From Scenedesmus sp. PABB004 (lineage: Eukaryota), in the NCBI GenBank assembly GCA_014905635.1, contig JABVCE010000007.1, forward strand, positions 1,178,001 to 1,242,000: a stretch of DNA of 64,000 bases. Reading direction: 5' to 3'. The stretch's first letter is position 1; each line of letters begins with the position of its first letter. Positions 52,746-64,000 of this stretch are shown here, piece after piece. Position numbers and translations under genes: made by a program. The notes beneath the pieces are model-generated. The model ran no database searches. It was given only the letters and a program-made list of their open reading frames with translations, and was not told the DNA's origin.

Positions 52746-54562
52746 TCACTCCCGGGAGGAGCTCAGGAAGATGCGGTCGAGGCTCTGCGCGCCGCCGCCG
52801 TCCTCGTCGCCGCCGCCGCCGCCGCCGCCCTCGGCGGCGCCCGCCTGCTCCCCGCGCGCCGCGCGCGCCGGCTCGCTGAGGTCGCTGAGCAGCTCGAGGC
52901 CCTGCCGCCCGAGCACGGCGACCTTGTAGGTGAGGAAACCAATCATCATGGGCAGCAGCTCCAGGTAGTAGCCCGCGCTCTCAGCGTACAGCGCGTTCCA
53001 GCGGTTGTAGCTCAGCGCGAGCACGACCGGGATGAGCAGCCGCGGCTGCCCGATCGCCGCGTTGGCGGCGCCGCCGTCGCCGACTGCGGCCGCGCGCGGC
53101 CGGCCGGCGGGCGCGGCGGCGGCGGGGCGCGGTGCGTGGGCGGGCTGGCGCGGCGCGGCGCGACGCGGGCCGGCGCGGCGCGGGCCGGCGCGGCGCGGCG
53201 CGGCGCGGCGCGGCGCGGCGCACCCGAGTCGATCGTGCGGCTCAGCAGGCGCAGGTAGGTGAGGCCGGCCGAGGCGCCGAGCGCGTAGCTGATCGCGGTG
53301 TCGCGGCTGTAGCTCACGTAGCACAGCGCGGTGCCGAGCGCGCCGAGGCCGATCGCCCAGGCCTGGAACTCGAGCTTCAGCTGCTCGTACCGCGCGGCCG
53401 CGACCGCCGCCGCCGCGGCGCGCGCGGCCGCCTCCTCGGGCGCCATGCCGCCGACGGCGGTCGTCGACGCGAGCTTGCCGCTGCTCACAGCTCGCGTCGC
53501 GCGCTGGAACCTGCGCGCGCGCGGGCGCGGGCGGGCGGCTGGGGCGGGCGGCGGCCGCACCGCGCCGCGCCGCGCCGCGCCGCGCCGCGCCGCGCGGGGC
53601 CGGCGGCCGGCGCGCCGGCGCGCAGCTCGCAGCCCCGCTGCCGCGCCGCCGCGCAGCGACCCACCTGCGCGCCTCGTTCTTGGTGGGCAGGTCTTTGTAC
53701 TGGTACGACGGCGACGACCCCGCGCCGCGCCGCGCGCGCGCCTGCGGCGCGGCCGCCTGCGGCGCCGCCGCCTGCGGCACGGCCGCCTGCTGCGGGCGGC
53801 CGTCGCCGCCGGCCGCGGCGGCCGTGGCGGCCGCGGCGGCCGCGGCGGCCGCGGCCTCGCGCGCGCGCTTCTCCTTGGCCGCGCGCAGCTGCGCGCTGAG
53901 GTCGGTGGTTATGTCGTCGAGCGCGCCGAGGCGGGCGAAGCTCACCACGCCCGGCCCCGTGCCGCCCGTGACGCCGCCGGCCGCCTGGCGCGCGCGGAAG
54001 TCGCGCTGCTGGCGCTCCAGGTCCTCCTGGCGCTTGAGCTGCTCCTGCCAGTTGGTCTGCCAGATGAACTCGGGCTTCCACCGGCCCCCCTTCTTGGCGG
54101 GGTCGAAGCGCTCGCCCGCCTTGGAGTAGACCTGGGGCGCCGGCGGCGGCGGGAACGGGCATGTTACGCGCGGCCCGGGCGCGGCACGCGCGGCAGGAGC
54201 GGCAGCGGCGCGCGCGGCGGCGGCGGCGCGCGGCGGCGGCGCGCGGCCGAGGCGGTCCGGCTGCAGGCCAGTGTCGTGGCGGTGCGCCGGCCCACCTCGG
54301 CGTTGGGGTCGGCGAGCGAGAGGTAGCCCGTCTTCGGCAGGTCGATGTCCAGGGGCGCTGCTGCGCCCGCCCCGGCCGCCGGCGCGCCGTCCGGGCCCGG
54401 CTGGGGCCTGGCCGCATCGGGGCGCTGCTCAGGCGCGGGCTCTGCCGCCCCCGCGCGCGCCAGCCTGGCGGGGCGAGCCCGGAAGGCGCGGCCGTGTCGC
54501 GCCGCGCTCATGGGAGCGCCACCCTGCACCCTCCATTGGGGCCGCGTGCCGGCCGCACGCAT
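52746..54562 (-). CDS. CGL160: CGL160 / Atp1(UncI)-like chloroplast ATP synthase assembly factor
   Basis: EFIWQTNW, YEQLKLE, AISYALGA..YLRLL, QPRLLIPVVL..NRWN and LELLPMMIGFLTYKVA. Confidence 0.88.
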
Positions 54563-55081
54563 GCGGCCGCACGGCGCGCGCTGGCGAGCCGGCGGGCGGC
54601 GGCGGCAGCAGCGGCGGCAGCAGCAGCGGAGCGGCGGCGCGGTGCGCGGCGGCGGCGACCACGTTTGGACGGGGAGAGAGTCTCTCTGCCGTGCCGGAGG
54701 GCGCGGGGCGGGCGCTCGTCGGCCGCCCCGCACCCGCCGGCAGCTCGGCGGACGCACGGGTCACCGCGGTCCGCGGCGGCCGGACGCGGCGCCCGCGCGC
54801 AAACGGCCTGTGAAACCGACGTGTCTGCCACCCGCGAGGTCAGCGGCTCTCTCCTGCACGCCCGCGGCTGTTCGGCGCCGGCCGGCGCGCAGTCGGGCGG
54901 CCGACGCGACGTACGCTCACCTACCTGCTGCTGTCACGGAGCGCCGCGGCGCGCCCACGGCCCGCCCAGGGACGCATGACGTTCGATCAGCGCCTCTCGT
55001 CCACGCCGTGAAGCCTGCTCGGCCCTCCTCGCTCCTCCTCGGCCTGCCCCATCCCTCGGCACCACGCCCATTGGCAGCAGC

Positions 55082-56216
55082 ATGGCCGTCGTGTTCACCT
55101 GCGGCGGAGTGGAGCTGACGGAAGTGCGCAGCTCACGCCGGCACCGCGGTCGCCGCGGCCGCGCCAGCCGGCCTCACGCCGGTGGCGCGCACCGCACCGC
55201 TGCTGCTGCACGCGCCGCCCGCGCCGGCAGGCGAGCGGGGAGTCCTTCTCGACGCTCGTCAAGGACGGCACGCTGACCATCAAGCGCGAGGGCGCCGCCG
55301 TGTCGATCGACGTGCGCGGCGGGCCCGCCGCGCCGCGCGCACGCATCGGCGGCCAGCGCTGGCGCCCGCGCGCGGGCCGCCGCCGCGGCCGCGCCGCGCG
55401 CCCGACCCGCGCGGCGCCGCCGGCGGCGCGCGCAGGTCGCCGGCACCGACGTGCCGTGGGTTGCGTCGGCGTCGGCGGGGCCGTTCAAGCGCATCGACAC
55501 GCGGTCTTGGCGCATCTCCACCAACGACATCATGTCTTACTTCACACTCACCCTGCCCAAGGGTGCGTGTGTGTAGCTCCGTGCGCGCCTGACGCACGGC
55601 TTGGCGCAGAGCAAGCTGGCGCACGCGGCGCGGGGCCTGCCTGCCGGCCGGCCGACCGTCGTGCGCGCGCCGGGCTGCCGTGCGGGCCGCGGGCGCAGGC
55701 GCGCACGCCGCCCGCTCGAGCGCGGGCGCGCGACGTGCCGCCGCCGCTGTCGCCGTTGCCGTCGCCGCCCGCGCCGCGCGCGCCGCCAGGCCTGCCCGAG
55801 GCGAAGTACGAGCACTGCGGCGCGGTGCTGACCGCGCTCAAGGACGGCGCGCCGGTGCCTGCGGCGGCGCCGCTGGCCGAGGCGGGCGCGCCGGCGGCGG
55901 CGGCCTCCGCGTCCGCGCCGGCGCCGGCGGCGGCGGAGGCGGGCGGCGCCGCGCCGGCCGGCGGCAACCCGGTGAGCCGCTCCGCCGCCGCCGCCGCCTC
56001 GCGCGGGCCGGCCGCTGCGCCCAGCGCCCCGCCACGCCGCGCGCGCCCACCCCGGCCGCACGCGCCCCGTCTCCCTCCGCGCGCGGTGCCCAGATGGACA
56101 TGCTCAAGGCCATCGCCGCAAAGGCGGCACACGACATCAACGTCGTCGGCGAGGCGATCAAGAACAAGGCCGCGCACGACATCAACGCCATGCAGAACCC
56201 GCCCAAGCCGGCGTGA
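55082..56216 (+). CDS. Small 5-exon protein with a predicted spartin/ERD7-type PH-like domain; exons 55082-55123, 55231-55311, 55436-55562, 55790-55971, 56094-56216
   Basis: All four GT-AG introns join in frame: MAVVFTCGGVELTE|ASGESFSTLVKDGTLTIKREGAAVSID|VAGTDVPW..YFTLTLPK|GLPEAKYEHCGAVL..|MDMLKAIA. The domain assignment is my inference. Confidence 0.7.
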
Positions 56217-56500
56217 CTGCGCGGGCGGTTTTTCGAGTCGTAACGGCCGCGGTTTTCTGCGCCCGCGGCCTGCCCCACGCGCCACCGCCTCTTGCCGGCA
56301 GTCTCGTGCCCCCCCGCGCCCCGCTCCCGCTCCCGCAGCGCCAGCAGCGCACGCGCGGACCCACGTCGGCGGCGACAACAGCAGCGGCGGCGAGGTCAGG
56401 CAAGAAGACCGCAGCCCCCAGCGCGCCCGCCAGGCCGGGGCCACCTAGTCACCCAGGGAACGCTCCCGCGGCAGCCCGCGGCGGGCGCCCGCCAGGCGGC

Positions 56501-57504
56501 ATGGCGCTCCTGTCCAGCGCCAGCGCGCAGGGCGCGCGGCAGGCGCCGTGCGGCGTGTCGGCGGTCCCGGCGGCCAGGTGCGACTCCCGGGCGCGTCGTC
56601 GGGCGCGATCGGGGCGGCCCGGCGCGGCGGGAGCGGGTCGCGATGCGCGGCCGGCCCCTGCGCCGCGCCTGCGGGCCTGCGCGCCGCGCGCGCTCGGCTG
56701 GCGCTGCCGAGCGCCGTGGACAGCCTCCCGGACCTCCGCCCCACCCGCCCTGCGGCCGCGTCGCGCCGGCCAACGCAGGGCGCTGCTCGCCCGGCGCCGG
56801 GCGGGCCCGCTGGCGCGCGCCAAGCCGCTGAACAACAACAGCTTTGACGCCGAGGACGACCTGGACAGCGAGCTGGCGGAGGAGCTGTCGCGCTTTCGCG
56901 GGCGCGAGGCGTGGAGCCAGGTCGCGCAGCACCTCGACCTGGTGTGGAAGGTCGGCCGCGTGAGTGCCCCCGGGGGGCTGCGACGGGCGCTGCGGGAGCA
57001 GCGGCCGCCGTGCGCCGCCGCGCGGCAGCGGCCGACGCGGTCGCGGCGGGGAGCGAGTAGCGAGCGGCGGCGGGGCAGCAGCAGCGGCGCCAACCGCCGC
57101 CGCCGCGCCCGCGCCCGCGCGCGCAGAGCCGCGGCAGCCGCGCGACGTGCACCTGCTGCCAGGGCAGCGGCGAGGAGGAGTGCGCGTGGTGCCACGGCAC
57201 GGGCGCGCTGATGGTCGGCGACACGCTCTTCCGCTCGGCCGCGGGCGGCAGCAACTGCCCCGTCTGCAAGGGCAAGGTGTGCGCGCGCGGCGCCGCGCGC
57301 GGCCGGGGAGCCGGGGCCCGTCCGGCGCAGCGCAGCGAGCGTCTTGGGGCGCGGCGCGGCGCCGCGCCGGCCGCCTCACGGCCTCACGGCCTCACCCGGC
57401 CGCCGCCGCTGCCACAGGGCCACGTCGCGTGCGAGAATTGCCGCGGCACCGGGTACCGCGCGGCGTGGCTGCAGGGCCCCGACCACTGCCGCAACCCCGT
57501 GTGA
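56501..57504 (+). CDS. DnaJ-type Cys-rich zinc-finger protein, probably plastid-targeted
   Basis: Four CxxCxGxG motifs: CTCCQGSG, CAWCHGTG, CPVCKGK|G and CENCRGTG, followed by YRAAWL. Confidence 0.85.
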
Positions 57505-58304
57505 GGCGGGCGGCGGCGCGCCGCGGCAGCGGGCGGCGGCGTGCCGCAGCAGCGAGCGGCGGCGCGCCGCGGCAGCGGCGCGCAACCCGTTCTGTCCCTT
57601 CGGGCGCCCAGCGGCGCGGGGCTTGTATCACCACTGGACCGGACGCGCGGGGGGCAGGGGCCCGGCGCGGGGCGGGGGCGCTGCTGAAACGCAGCCTGTA
57701 CGCTAGTACGCCTGTAGAGGGGGCTTGTGGGGGCTGCCCTTGCAGCCGCGGCCGGGGGCGCACGGCGGGGGTGCCGCGCGCCGACGGATGTGTATTGGTG
57801 ACTGTTTTAGCACCTCGCCTCGCACCGCGCGAGGCGCTGCATCGCGCGCTGTCAACAGCGCCGCCGCGCGACCTGGCCAGCGGGGCTGCGCCTGGCGGCG
57901 GGCGGGCGGGGCTCAGCCAGGCTGGCGCGAGCCCGGCATGCGACCTCGGTCGAGCGAGAGCGTAACCCTCCAGCCCGTGCGGCGGTTGCACCAGAGCTGC
58001 GTCACGCCCCTGCAGCGCGCGCCCCAGCGCGCCCGCTGCCATCCTGCGCGCGCCAGCGGCCAAGGTTCCGACATCGGTCCTGATCCGGACACCCCGCCCC
58101 CGCCCCAGCCGTGTGTCACACGAGCGGCTGCCGCCGCGGCGCGCCTCGCGACTCGGCCTGCCGGCCGCCGGGCCCCCGCCGCGCGGCGCCGGCGCGACGC
58201 GCCTCGGGGCTCGGCCGGCCGGCCCTCCCAGGGCTCGGGGCGGCGCGGGCGCTCAGCCCAAGGGTTCGGAGGCTCCGGAGCGTTCCGGTCACGCGGGCGG
58301 GGGT

Positions 58305-61300
58305 TTAGGGCTCGAGGCGCTTGGGGTCGCGTGGGAAGAGCGAGGTCTTGCGGATGTTGTTGAGCCCCGCGTAGAGCATGACCACGCGCTCCAGCCCCAC
58401 GCCGCACCCGCCGTGCGGCGACGCGCCGAGCTTGAACGAGTCAATGTAGGCCTGGATGGTCTCCAGCGGGATGCCGCACGCGCTCGCGCGCGCTGCGCGA
58501 GGGGAGAAGGGGGGCGTGTGGGCGCGGCGGCGCGTGGTGTCGTCAAGCGCGGCGCGCGGCGGGCGAGCGGGCGGCGGCGCGCAGTGCGCGGCGGCGCGGG
58601 CGGCGCGGGCGGCGCGCGGCGGCGCGGGCGGCGCGGGCGGCGCGTTGCGTGGGGCGCCGATCCGCGCCGGCGCACCCGCGAGCAGGTCTGCGTCGTGGAC
58701 GCGCTGCGCGCCGGAGATGATCTCCTCGCCGCGGATGAAGACGTCAAAGGAGTTGGAGTAGGTCGGGTCGTCGGGGCAGGGCATGGTGTAGAAGGGGCGC
58801 ACCTGACCGCACGAGCGCCGGGCGGCGCGGCGCGCGGTGCGCGGGCGGCGCGGTGCGCGGCGCGGTGCGTGGCGGCGCGCGGGCGGGCGTGTGGGCGGGC
58901 GCGGGAGTGCGTGCGGGCGCGTGGGTGGGTGCGGGCGCGTGCACAGGGCGAGGGCGGCGCCGCGCGGCGCGCGCCCACGCCGGCGCCGCGCCCGCAGGAC
59001 GCCGCCGGCGCCGCGGGAGGTGCGTGGGCGTGTGCGCGCGACGACGCGTGAGCGCAGGGGCGAGCGTGGGAGTGCGTGGGCGTGCCGGGGGGTGTGGGCG
59101 CACCGCTGCGGGGTAGCGGTGGAGGATGTAGAAGTCGGTGCCGTGCTTCTCCCTGACCAGGCGCCCCAGGCGGCGCTCGAGCTCGGTGTTGAGGTCGCCG
59201 AGCGGGTCGACGTCGGTCAGGCCGTCGTCGCGCAGCATCTGGATGCCCTCTGCACGGGTGGGCGGTGCATGGCGGTGCACGTGGGGCGCGTGGCGGAGTC
59301 AGTGGGCGGAGTCGGTGGTGCGAGTGCGCGGCGCCGTGCAGCAGCCGCGGCCCCCGCTGGCTCGACGCCGGCGCGCGGCGCGGCGCGGCGCGGCGCGCAC
59401 CCGCGAAGGTGAGGCGCAGCGGCTTGGCGGCGATCGGCTCGAACGGGTACTGCGCCGCCACGGCGGCGAGCTCGGGCGCGTAGCGCGTGGCGAGGCCGTC
59501 AAAGATGGCCATGAAGAGGCGCTCGATCACGTCCATGACCTGGTGGGTTTGATGGAGAGGCATCAGTGTTTGTTTGATGGTATTCGGTTGATGACCGCGT
59601 TGATTGAATAATGGTTTTGATTGAGTGTTGACCGGCGAGCGCGCGGCCGGGCGGCGGCCGGCGAGGGTGAGCCGGCTGGCGCCGCGCGCGGCGGCGGCGC
59701 CGGCACGCGCGGCAGGCAGGCGGCAGCGGGCAGCGCGGGCGCGCGGGCGCGCCTCTGAGTAGTGTTCGTAGATGGCCATCTCAAAGTCCAGCCCCGTGAA
59801 CTCACACAGGTGGCGGTGCGTGTAGCTGTTCTCGGCACTGCGGGGCGTGCGACCGGCGCGCGGCGCGGCGGGGTGGGGCGGGCGGGCGGGGCGGGTCGGC
59901 GCCGCCGCGCGCGCGCGCCACCGCCCGCCGCGCCGCGCCGCGCCGCCACCCGGCGGCCGTGCGCACCGGAAGACGGGTCCGATCTCAAACACGCGGTCCA
60001 TGTCGGCGCAGATGGCCATCTGCTTGTACAGCTGCGGGCTCTGCGCGAGGCAGCCGGGCCGGCCCATGTAGTCAAACCTGCGGCGCCGCGGCGGCGGCGG
60101 CGGTCAGCGGCGCCGGCCAGCGCGCCTGCCGCTGCCGCGCGCCGCTGCACGCCGCGCCGCGCCGCGCGCGGGCTGCGGCGCGCCTGAACACCGCCGCGCC
60201 GCCCTCGCTCGCGCCGGCGATGAGCTTGGGCGTGTGGATCTCCATGAAGCCCTGGCCCAGCAGCGCCTCGCGGAACAGCTGCGGCGGCGGCGGCAGCGGC
60301 GCAGCTGAGCGCAGCGGCGGCGCACGGCAGCGGGAGGCGGCGGCCCTGCCGCGGCGGGCGGGCGGGCGGCGGGGCGCAGCAGGCGCACCTGGCACACGCC
60401 GCTCTGCAGCCGAAAGATTGCCTGGTTGGCGGGCGTGCGCAGGTCGAGTGCGCGGTTGTCCAGCCGCACGTCCTGGCTCACCGTCACCAGCACCTCGCCG
60501 CGCTCCGCCGCCGCCGCGACCTCGGCCTGCGCGCGCGGTGCGCGGGCGCGGCGCGGCCTCTCGGCAGGCCGCCGCCGCCGCCGCAGCGCCACCGGCGCCC
60601 CGGGCGCCGTCGCGGGGCCGCGGCGCCAGGCCGTCGCGCGCGCCAGGTCGTGAGGTTGTGGAGAGGCGCGGCGTTGGCGACGCAACTCTATCAACAACCT
60701 CACGGCTTGGTGCGCGCGACGGGTCGCACCTCGCTGCGCGCCGCGTCGGTCAGCTCAAACGGCAGCGCCGCCGCGCGGCTGACCACGCGCAGCAGGTTGA
60801 CCTGCAGCTCCACCTGCGCGCGCACGCGGAGCCGGCGCCGGCGGCAGCGGCGGGCGGCGTCAGGCCATCGGCGTCCGCGCTGCTGGCCCCGCGCCGCAGC
60901 CCCGCGCCGCGCCGCAACCCCGCCGGGGCGCGCGCGCGCTCACGTCCTGCTGCGTCGCCGACTCGACGGGCGCCGCGGGCGCGACGACGACGCCGCCGAC
61001 GTCGACGATCGACTCCTTGGGCACGCCGCAGGCGTACTTGACCATGCCCTTGCTCACCGTCTCCTCGTCCGCAAACATCACCGCCTGCACAGCACGCGCA
61101 GCGCGGCGGAGCACGGGCGCATCGGCCGCCCGCGCCGCCAGCGGCGCTGCGCAGCAGCGGCGCTGCGGCGCCGCGCGGCCTGCGGGCGCGCCGCGCCGCG
61201 CGCGCCTGCACGGTCGCGGTGCGCTGCCGGATCATGAGGAACGCCGACTTGCCCTTGCCGCGCACGGTGTAGAGCCGGCCGCGCACGAGCACCTGCGCGA

Positions 61301-61872
61301 GCGGCGTGGGGCGCGGCTCGGGCGCCGCGCCGCTGGCAGCTGCGTGCCGCGCGTGCCGAGTGCCACGGATGCTGCGCGCCGCGCCGCGCCTCCTGGCCGA
61401 TGAGGTCGGGCGTGAGCTTGTCCACGGGCGTCCACTTGCGGCCGGTGACCTCGGTGCTCTGCACCATCGGGTAGTCGCCCCAGCGGCTCGCGCACGGGTC
61501 GTCCGCGTCCGGCTGCGTCGGCGCCGCCTGCTTCACGCCGCGCTGCGCCGCCTGCGCGCGCGGGTGCGGACAAGGGGGTCGCTTGCGGCGGCGCCAGCTC
61601 GCCGGCGCGGCGCTCGGCGGCCGTGCGCCGCGCCGCGCACCCGCTCTGCCTTGGCCGCCTCCTTGGCCTCCTTCTCCGCCTTCTTTGCGGCCTTGATGGC
61701 GGCCTTGTCCTGCGCGGCAGCAGGGCGCCGGTGAGCGCCCGCGGCGCGCCGCGGCGAGCGGTTGCGCCGCCGCCGCTGCTGCTGCTGCTGCTGCTGCCGC
61801 GCTGTCGGCTGGCGTCGCTGCGCCGGCTCTCACCGCCAGCTCCTTGGCCAGCGCTTCCTCCGTCGCGCTCAT
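58305..61872 (-). CDS. Cytosolic aspartyl-tRNA synthetase
   Basis: OB-fold [13 protein letters not shown]. Also [32 protein letters not shown], motif 2 [31 protein letters not shown] and motif 3 [11 protein letters not shown]. Confidence 0.97.
60631..60722 (-). ncRNA. Candidate intronic pre-miRNA hairpin
   Basis: 92-nt fold-back with about 30 paired positions in AspRS intron 60527-60729; the central arms are AT-enriched. Confidence 0.45.
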
Positions 61873-62221
61873 CGCGGCACGTGCGATCGATCTGGCGCGG
61901 CGCGCGGGCTGGCGGGCGCGGTGATGGGCGCGCCGGCGGCGTGCGGCCACGGCGGGCGGGCGGCTGCCGCTGGTGATGCAGTGCACGTCTCAAGAGCGAC
62001 ACGGACGCGGCGCAGATGATGCCGGGGCGCGCCATTGAGGCTAACACGCGCGCGCTTTTGCGCCTCGCGGGTGCAGCGCAGCCACGGGCGCGCTCACAGC
62101 GCCCCTCGCGCCCCCAGCCCGCGAACGCGCCTCGCACGGTGCGCCGGATCGAGCTGAGCGCGTGGAACCAGGCTCGCCCCCCCGCTGCAGGCCGCGGGCT
62201 GGCCCACACAGACGCGTGCCG

Positions 62222-63085
62222 ATGACCCTGGAGGGGGGCAGCGGCGCCGGCGGCGCGGCGGCGGCCGGTGCGGCGCCGGTGCCGGCGGCAGCAGCGCGCG
62301 GCAGCGGCGGCACCCGCGCCGCGGCGCCCCCGCGTCGCCAGCTCGCGGCGCGCGGGCCGGCAGCTGCGCCAGGGCGCGGCCAGCCCGCCCGGCAGCGCGC
62401 CGCCGCCCGCGCCGCCGCGCGCTCGGCGGCGCCGCGCCGCGCTCACTCGCGCGTCGCGGCCGCTCGCCCCCCCCCCCCCCCAGCGCCGCCGCCCAAGCCG
62501 CTGAACCACGGCTTCAGCGGCTACGCGACCACGGTGTTCGAGGTCATGTCCAAGCTCGCGGCCGAGCACGGCAGCGTCAACCTGGGCCAGGGCTTCCCCG
62601 ACGACGAGGGCCCGGCGGGCATGAAGGAGATTGCCTGCAAGGCCCTCTACGAGCACAGCAACCAGTACCCCAGCCTGCTGGGCGTGCCCGCGCTGCGCCA
62701 GGCGGTCGCGCGGCACTGCGCCGCGCACGGCGGCGTGCCGTGCGACTGGGCGAGCGAGACGCTCGTGACGGTCGGCGCGACCGAGGGCATCGCGTCCGCC
62801 TTCATGGGCCTCACCAACCCCGGCGACGAGGCGCGGCGCGCGGGGCGCGCGGGCGGACGCGCGGGCGGCAAGCGCTGCGGCGTCGCGGCGCGCGGCGCAC
62901 GCACGCGCCGTGCAGCGCCGCGCCCGGAGCCCCGCCCGCGCCCGCGCCCGCGCCTGGGACTGCAGGTGGTGGTGTTTGAACCATTGTATGACAGCTACGC
63001 CGGCATGGCGCAGCAGGCGCGCCGCCGCAGACGCCGCCGCCGCCGCCGCTGCCGCCGCGGCCGCCGCCGCCGCCGCCGCCGCCGC

Positions 63086-63134
<49 letters not shown>

Positions 63135-63967
63135 GGCCGGCTCCCCGCGCCGGCCGCCCGACCCCGCCCCGCCCGCCCGCCCTCGCCCCCGCGCCCGCCA
63201 CGCCCGTCCCGCACGCGCGCGCGCAGGCGGGCGTGAAGCTGGTGCCGGTGCAGCTGCAGCCGCCCGACTGGAGCGTGCCGCGCGACGCGCTCGCGGCGGC
63301 GTTCAGCGCCAAGACCAAGTTCCTGCTGCTCAACACGCCACACAACCCCACCGGCAAGGTGCGGCGGCGGCAGCGGCAGCGGCAGCCCACCGGGCGCGTT
63401 GGGGCCGCGCCGCGCGCCGGGGCCGCCGCCGCGCTCCACACACACCCGCCGCGCACCCGCCGCGCGCCGCACGGGCCGCGCGGCGCAGGTGTTCACGCTG
63501 GACGAGCTGCAGTTCATCGCGGGCCTGGTGGAGGCGCACAACACCTACGCGCTGCTGGACGAGGTGTACGAGCACCTCGTGCTGCCGCCGCACGCGCACG
63601 TCAGCCTCGCGGCGCTGCCCGGCATGGTGCGGCGCTGCGTGCGGCTCGGCAGCGCGGGCAAGACGTTTTCGTTCACCGCCTGGAAGGCGCGGCGCGGCGC
63701 GGCGCGGCGCGGGGCAGTGGGCGATGGCACGACGCGGCACGCGGCGGACAGTCGCGCGGGCCGGCGCGCGCACGCGCCCCGCGGCCCGGCGGCGACGCGC
63801 GCCGCCGGCGCCGGCGGCCGCCCGCGCGCGCAGGTCGGGTGGATGACCGGCCCCGCCGCGCTGCTGGCGCCGGTCATCAAGGCGCACCAGTTTGTGGTCT
63901 TCACCGTCGCCGCCAACCTGCAGCACGCGGTCGCGTACGGCCTGGACGAGGAGTCGGGCTTTTACCT
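62222..63967 (+). CDS. Class I/II PLP aminotransferase (kynurenine/glutamine transaminase, YbdL-like), 3'-partial
   Basis: VNLGQGFPD, NQY..G..LR, VTVGATEG, NPGDE|VVVFEP.YDSY, NTPHNPTGK, DEVYEHL and SAGKTFSFTAWK|VGW. The window ends inside an intron. Confidence 0.93.
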
Positions 63968-64000
63968 GTGAGACAGCGCGCGGGCCCGCGCGCGCACCCC

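Noticed and set aside
60682..60702. Resemblance of the candidate miRNA to let-7 (UGAGGU start)
   Set aside because: Only a short match; animal and algal miRNAs are not homologous.

Overview
This window is very GC-rich, intron-dense eukaryotic nuclear DNA. TGTAA poly(A) signals, TTTAGGG motifs, plastid-type genes and an OPR protein point to a chlorophyte green alga, plausibly Sphaeropleales (inference). The six-frame ORF track is mostly GC noise, so genes were rebuilt by joining exons by hand. About 18 genes are supported: malic enzyme, Toc64-like amidase-TPR, RBM39, a secreted clan GH-A hydrolase, a GPI-anchored protein with a defensin-like Cys motif, an hnRNP F/H-like protein, an OPR protein, SHMT, two DnaJ-type zinc-finger proteins, a small PBC-like protein, a PP2C pseudophosphatase, MRE11, a receptor-like TKL kinase, CGL160, a small spartin/ERD7-like protein, cytosolic AspRS and a partial class I/II aminotransferase. 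The most notable observations are a pre-miRNA-like hairpin in an AspRS intron, an unusually high share of GC-AG introns, a 10-nt micro-exon in a kinase activation loop, a homeodomain-less PBC-like repeat protein, a divergent GH/defensin-GPI gene pair, and a near-perfect 1 kb duplication upstream of SHMT. No rRNA, tRNA, CRISPR array or autonomous transposon was recognised.
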